In this document: piece after piece, positions 25,719-29,512 of the stretch
Layout: every line of letters starts with the position of its first letter
Position numbering within the stretch: the first letter of the stretch is position 1
Origin: Candidatus Micrarchaeota archaeon
Lineage (GTDB): Archaea; B1Sed10-29
Assembly: GCA_964388265.1 (NCBI GenBank)
Contig: CAYLXZ010000008.1
Coordinates: 1 to 29,512, forward strand
Direction of reading: 5' to 3'
Length of the DNA: 29,512 nt
Made by a program: the position numbers and the translations under genes
The notes under the pieces: model-generated
Told to the model about the DNA's origin: nothing
Database searches by the model: none
Seen by the model: only the letters and a program-made list of their open reading frames with translations

Positions 25719-26036
25719 ATGTTAGCCCCTATTTTCTTCAAGGAAAAACCAGTAAATGCCCTTGCCTCTTTGGCCCAAGAAGACAAAGCATGGTACGCTT
25801 CTCTCTTAGCAAAGGAAATTGACTGTACGTACCCACATATGGTTAATATAATCGAGAAGTTTAAGAAATACGATTTAATTGAAACAGAGAAAGAAGGAAG
25901 GGTCAAAAAGATAAGTTTGACTCCTGATGGTGAGGATCTAGCTATAGACTTCCAGAACATGAAGAGAAGAATGGAAAGAATAGATGAGAATGTTGATATA
26001 GAGGAAGAACCAGAGGAGGAAGGAGATGGATCCTGA
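25719..26036 (+). CDS. Small winged-helix (MarR-like) DNA-binding protein
   Basis: F.KEKP......L.....YAS.LAKEIDCTYPH...I......LI...KEGR.K.I.LT..G; GAGGTGA RBS favours ATG 25719 over 25680. Confidence 0.85.
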   Translation: MLAPIFFKEKPVNALASLAQEDKAWYASLLAKEIDCTYPHMVNIIEKFKKYDLIETEKEGRVKKISLTPDGEDLAIDFQNMKRRMERIDENVDIEEEPEEEGDGS

Positions 26037-26679
26037 AGAGGACGTTAAAATCCGTTTTGCGGACCTCGATGATGTACCTAGATTGAAAGAAGTGGCCGGA
26101 GAAAAAGAGATTCGTACAAAATATTTGCATGAATCGGTTAGAGCACGTAGACAGAAAGTAATACTCTTAGAGAAATCTGAAGACATAAAAGGATTCTTAA
26201 AGATCAGAATAGTGGATGAGGGGATAAAAATAGATTTCTTCAAACTTCCAGAAGACCAGGAACAGATAAATGATCTTTTAAGCACTGTTGAGGCACTTGC
26301 TTTTCAAGGAAAAGTCTATACGTATATTCCTAAAGAAGATGAAGCTCTTGAAATCTTCAAAGATGCTGGTTATGAAGGAGGGATAGAGACTGATGATAAT
26401 AAGGTAAAGGTGTCTAAGGAATGGTCAAAGATACATGAGGACAGAGAAAAAGAAAAACAGTTCTATGATAAGGTAAAGGAAGTATCTGAACGATATAAGG
26501 TACTTCAACCCGCGAGCGTGTACAAAGGAACCAGGTTAGAGAGAAACTTAAAGAAATTAGAGAATAAAATGGAAGAAATAGAGAAAGAAGAGGAAGATAA
26601 GGTTAAATGCACAGAGTGTGACAGGGTTTTCGATTCAGAGAAAGGAATGAAGATCCACAAGACCAAGGTCCATGGTTAG
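26026..26679 (+). CDS. Hypothetical protein with possible degenerate GNAT-like N-terminus and C-terminal C2H2 zinc finger
   Basis: VKIRFADLDDVP..., ALEIFKDAGY (weak GNAT-like); CTECDRVFDSEKGMKIHKTKVH. Confidence 0.75.
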   Translation: MDPEEDVKIRFADLDDVPRLKEVAGEKEIRTKYLHESVRARRQKVILLEKSEDIKGFLKIRIVDEGIKIDFFKLPEDQEQINDLLSTVEALAFQGKVYTYIPKEDEALEIFKDAGYEGGIETDDNKVKVSKEWSKIHEDREKEKQFYDKVKEVSERYKVLQPASVYKGTRLERNLKKLENKMEEIEKEEEDKVKCTECDRVFDSEKGMKIHKTKVHG

Positions 26680-27107
26680 TCTTCTCTTTTACTGAGTTTC
26701 TTCTGTCTCTTGAATAGTGTTTCCCAGCACTCAGCTATGTCTTTTAAGCATTTGCTGAACTCTAGTGCAGGATAAATTCCTTTTTCTCTACTGCTTTTGA
26801 TTAATCCTCTTCTTTTAAGCATTGGAATTACTTTGTTCTGTATCGTGGATTTGGAATGTCTTTTTTCTTCTGTTAGGTGTTCTATTAGTTTCTTTCTAGG
26901 TGTTCCTTTGAAGTTCTCTGGCTTTAGTAGGAACTTGACTGCGTCTAGGGCTACTTGGCTTGTTACTGGGTTTATGTGGCTTGGGTAGACGTGTTCTATT
27001 ATATCTTCTTCTATCACATGGTCTTCCTGTAGTTCTGTGGATGTGGATTTTAGGTATAGTGTGTTTTCTCGGGATATTTTGGCTGAGTGTTCTGGTGGTT
27101 TTGTCAT
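26676..27107 (-). CDS. Putative winged-helix DNA-binding protein
   Basis: GTPRKKLIEHL.....SKSTIQNKVIPMLKRRGLIK; GGAGGAG RBS favours ATG 27107. Confidence 0.65.
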   Translation of the reverse strand: MTKPPEHSAKISRENTLYLKSTSTELQEDHVIEEDIIEHVYPSHINPVTSQVALDAVKFLLKPENFKGTPRKKLIEHLTEEKRHSKSTIQNKVIPMLKRRGLIKSSREKGIYPALEFSKCLKDIAECWETLFKRQKKLSKRED

Positions 27108-27126
27108 TTTATCTCCTCCACTTGTT

Positions 27127-27295
27127 ATCACACGGTTCCGGTATATAATGTTTTGGTTCTTGGTGTTGATCAGGGTTTTTCCCTGGTTTAAGCAAGGGTA
27201 TTGGCCAGAAATATATGACTACACACCGGAACGGTATACAGATCGACATATGGAAACTAACTCGATCTAGCTTCACTATACTGGCTCGGTGTGAT
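27127..27295. promoter_or_regulatory. Three copies of a 19-bp CACAC-N5-C(G/A)GTATA motif (two direct, one inverted)
   Basis: 27127-27145, 27220-27238 and reverse complement at 27277-27295. Confidence 0.6.
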
Positions 27296-27296
27296 G

Positions 27297-28004
27297 TCAC
27301 TTGAAGTGTTCGATTCTATAACCATACATCCAGATCATGTATACGAATAACCCTATGAATAGAAATACCATAAACATAGGGAAGAATAAACCTACGGATT
27401 CTTCTAAGCCAACTCCTCTAGATACCTTCTCTAGTTGAGTGAAGTTACCTGGTCCTCCTTCAGTAATAACTTGTTCTTGAGTAGACAGATTAACTTGCGA
27501 TTGATTTGAAAGGTTCAAGCTCCCACTCTGAATCATAGGGTATCCAGATTGATTAAAAGCACCTGCTTCGCCGGTTCTAGTTACTCTTCCTCTTATCATA
27601 GTCAGTACAGCGGCTACTAGGAACAGTAGGATAACTGTTGTGAAGATTGGCTTCAGCACATCGCTTTTTTTCTTTCCCTCCTTAGTCTCTTTCTTGGTTT
27701 TTCTCTCTTTAAGTTTCTCTATCTGTGGTTTATCTAGCTGGCTGACCGGCATCTCTAGTTTTATTGATCCTTCATATCCACAGTCTTCACAGTAGTATAC
27801 TTCAGGTGCTCCTAACCCTGTGATTGTTCCTGTGGCTCTTGTGTCCATGGAAGCATATTCTAGGCGAGGACTACCGCATTCTGGGCATACCTGAACGGTT
27901 TTTTCATCTTTTTCAGTGTTTTCTTCTCTGTGTTTCTTGGCTTTGTGGATTTTAAGCCCTCTTTTGTTCTTGAATTCTCTTCCACATTCTTCACATTCAA
28001 CCAT
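27297..28004 (-). CDS. Membrane protein with N-terminal C2H2 finger and Zn ribbon
   Basis: CEECGREFKNKRGLKIHKAKKH; CPECG...YYCEDCGY; two TM helices around a sequon-rich loop. Confidence 0.8.
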   Translation of the reverse strand: MVECEECGREFKNKRGLKIHKAKKHREENTEKDEKTVQVCPECGSPRLEYASMDTRATGTITGLGAPEVYYCEDCGYEGSIKLEMPVSQLDKPQIEKLKERKTKKETKEGKKKSDVLKPIFTTVILLFLVAAVLTMIRGRVTRTGEAGAFNQSGYPMIQSGSLNLSNQSQVNLSTQEQVITEGGPGNFTQLEKVSRGVGLEESVGLFFPMFMVFLFIGLFVYMIWMYGYRIEHFK

Positions 28005-28340
28005 TTTTTCCTCTATATCTCATAATGAAGGTGATAAATATAAAACTACCCTTAAATCAGGGGTGTTTCCCCTGTGAATCGGTACCTATACTAAATGTAT
28101 TTTATTAATTATAGTTTATATGTTGGTGAAAAACACCATAACTAAAACTAAATATATAAAATAGATTTTAATGAAAAATGATGTTAAACAAAAACATATA
28201 AAATGAATTATATAATATCTAGATTAATGTTTATCTGCCGGAGGAATACAAATTTGGACAAAATACTTGCAAAATCATGAAATCACCCTTATTCTAACTC
28301 CCAACACAAATTCGAAGCACTCACAAAGGGATAGAAAGAT

Positions 28341-29501
28341 TTATTCTCTGGATTCTTCTCTATTTTTTTCCTTTCTTGCTTTTTTCCTCTTCTCTTTATA
28401 CTCTTCTTCGCTAAGTATTCTTTGTGGCCAGGGGCCTGAGTCCTTCTTTTCCCATGCTTTAAAGTTCTTCCACTTATCATAGTCTTTGAATTCTTTCTTC
28501 AATTCTTGGTCTACTAGTTCTCTTATCTCTTTCTTCTTTTCTTCCAGTACTTCCTTATTTGTGACTACTGAGAACTTGATATCAGCAGGAGAGGGAGCAG
28601 CCTGGTTTTCTCTTTTAGTTTGAACTTCATTGGACCATGTGTTACGGGGTTTTATCTCTGCCTTTATCCCTTTTTCTTGGAGTTTTTTCTCTATTTTATC
28701 TATTGCTACTTTTGTCCTCCAGTAGTCTGTAGTTGATTGGTACTGTTCCGGGTTCTTTTCTTTTATTCTTTCTTGTTTTTCTCTCCTTTCTTTCTTTTTC
28801 TCTAGTCTTTTCTTCCATTGTTTCTCGAATAATTTCTTTCTGTTCTCTGCTCTTTCAGGATCTAGCTTCTTACCTGCTTCTATGAGCCTTCCAAAAGGTT
28901 TTCCTTCTGCCCCTATCTTCTCTTCATGAATATTAAACCCTTCTTTTTTTAACATCTTCTTTAGTTTCTCTGGTTCGTATCCGTATCTAGGATATCCTCT
29001 TAACCCTGATTTTTTTGATCCGAAGAAGAAGATTTTTCCATTGTCTTTCATTACTCTTGAAATCTCGTCTATTATTGATTTTTTATCTTTCATATAGTTT
29101 ATTCCGTATATCATCATTGCTCCATCTACAGATTTCTTTTTGTAAGGTAGTTTTTCTCCTTCTGCTAGTTTATCCAGGTTCATCTCCATTCTTTCTTTAG
29201 ATGGGTTCTTTTTAAGCATTTCTTTAGAGAAGTCAATAGCTTGTGATCCTTTTACGTGCTGTATTTCTCCTGCTGCGAGCTCTATGGTCTTCTTATCTTT
29301 TTTTCCTCCTAATTCATGGTTTATTCTCTGAGCTATCTTTTCTCTTGCTGGTCTTTTAAGGAATGTCCAGTCCTGACTGGCTACTCTATTCCATTTTTCT
29401 CTTTTCTCTTTCTCTGTTTCTGGTTTTTTCTTCATAGCTGTGCCTTTAAATTCCCCTTCTCCTGGTTTCTTCCTTTCCTTTACCTGTCTCTCCTTTCTCA
29501 T
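28341..29501 (-). CDS. Lys-rich protein with class I SAM-methyltransferase-like domain
   Basis: TIELAAG (motif I-like), AIDFSKEML, LPY...SVD......INY......EISRVMK.NG.IFF; start near window edge is uncertain. Confidence 0.7.
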   Translation of the reverse strand: MRKERQVKERKKPGEGEFKGTAMKKKPETEKEKREKWNRVASQDWTFLKRPAREKIAQRINHELGGKKDKKTIELAAGEIQHVKGSQAIDFSKEMLKKNPSKERMEMNLDKLAEGEKLPYKKKSVDGAMMIYGINYMKDKKSIIDEISRVMKDNGKIFFFGSKKSGLRGYPRYGYEPEKLKKMLKKEGFNIHEEKIGAEGKPFGRLIEAGKKLDPERAENRKKLFEKQWKKRLEKKKERREKQERIKEKNPEQYQSTTDYWRTKVAIDKIEKKLQEKGIKAEIKPRNTWSNEVQTKRENQAAPSPADIKFSVVTNKEVLEEKKKEIRELVDQELKKEFKDYDKWKNFKAWEKKDSGPWPQRILSEEEYKEKRKKARKEKNREESRE

Positions 29502-29512
29502 CTTTTTGTATT

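Noticed and set aside
26960..27300. Short ORFs 26960-27148, 27037-27270, 27109-27300
   Set aside because: Atypical composition; region better explained by the opposite-strand gene and regulatory repeats.
28090..28265. AT-rich tract as a replication origin
   Set aside because: No ORB-like or iterated repeats seen around it.
22036..29512. Provirus integrated at tRNA-iMet
   Set aside because: No integrase, capsid or packaging gene and no duplicated iMet 3' end in the window.

Overview
AT-rich archaeal chromosomal window. The lineage cannot be fixed from the sequence; compact genes, TATA-type promoters, CCA-less intron-containing tRNAs and big surface proteins are compatible with a DPANN-type archaeon. 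Left part (1-8.3 kb): partial secreted Gly-rich protein, Pab1020/Rnl3-type RNA ligase, M29 aminopeptidase, PAP2 phosphatase, a 46-aa Zn-ribbon protein, pyrG, an XRE regulator and two PRC-barrel genes. Middle (8.3-18 kb): exosome/proteasome/RNase P superoperon (Rpp30, Pop5, PsmA, SBDS, Rrp4, Rrp41, Rrp42, eL43, RpoP, prefoldin beta) joined to Rpp21-eS19-PDCD5, then tRNA-Gly, -Phe and -Lys (all with BHB introns, Gly at non-canonical 23/24), aTrm56, TFE and Pcm. A 1260-aa surface protein and an intron-containing tRNA-iMet follow. Right part (22-29.5 kb): dense cluster of small DNA-binding proteins (TrmB, three wHTH, two C2H2 fingers, a 62-aa protein resembling a transposase N-terminus) with several distinct DNA motif families. 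The two most unusual signals: (i) a wHTH gene at 24834-25418 whose promoter and coding sequence carry two repeat arrays, one phased at about 10 bp, beside an AT-rich tract (candidate centromere/origin-like locus); (ii) a TTTAGGCACTACAT motif family at four loci that also brackets the promoter of the 62-aa protein.
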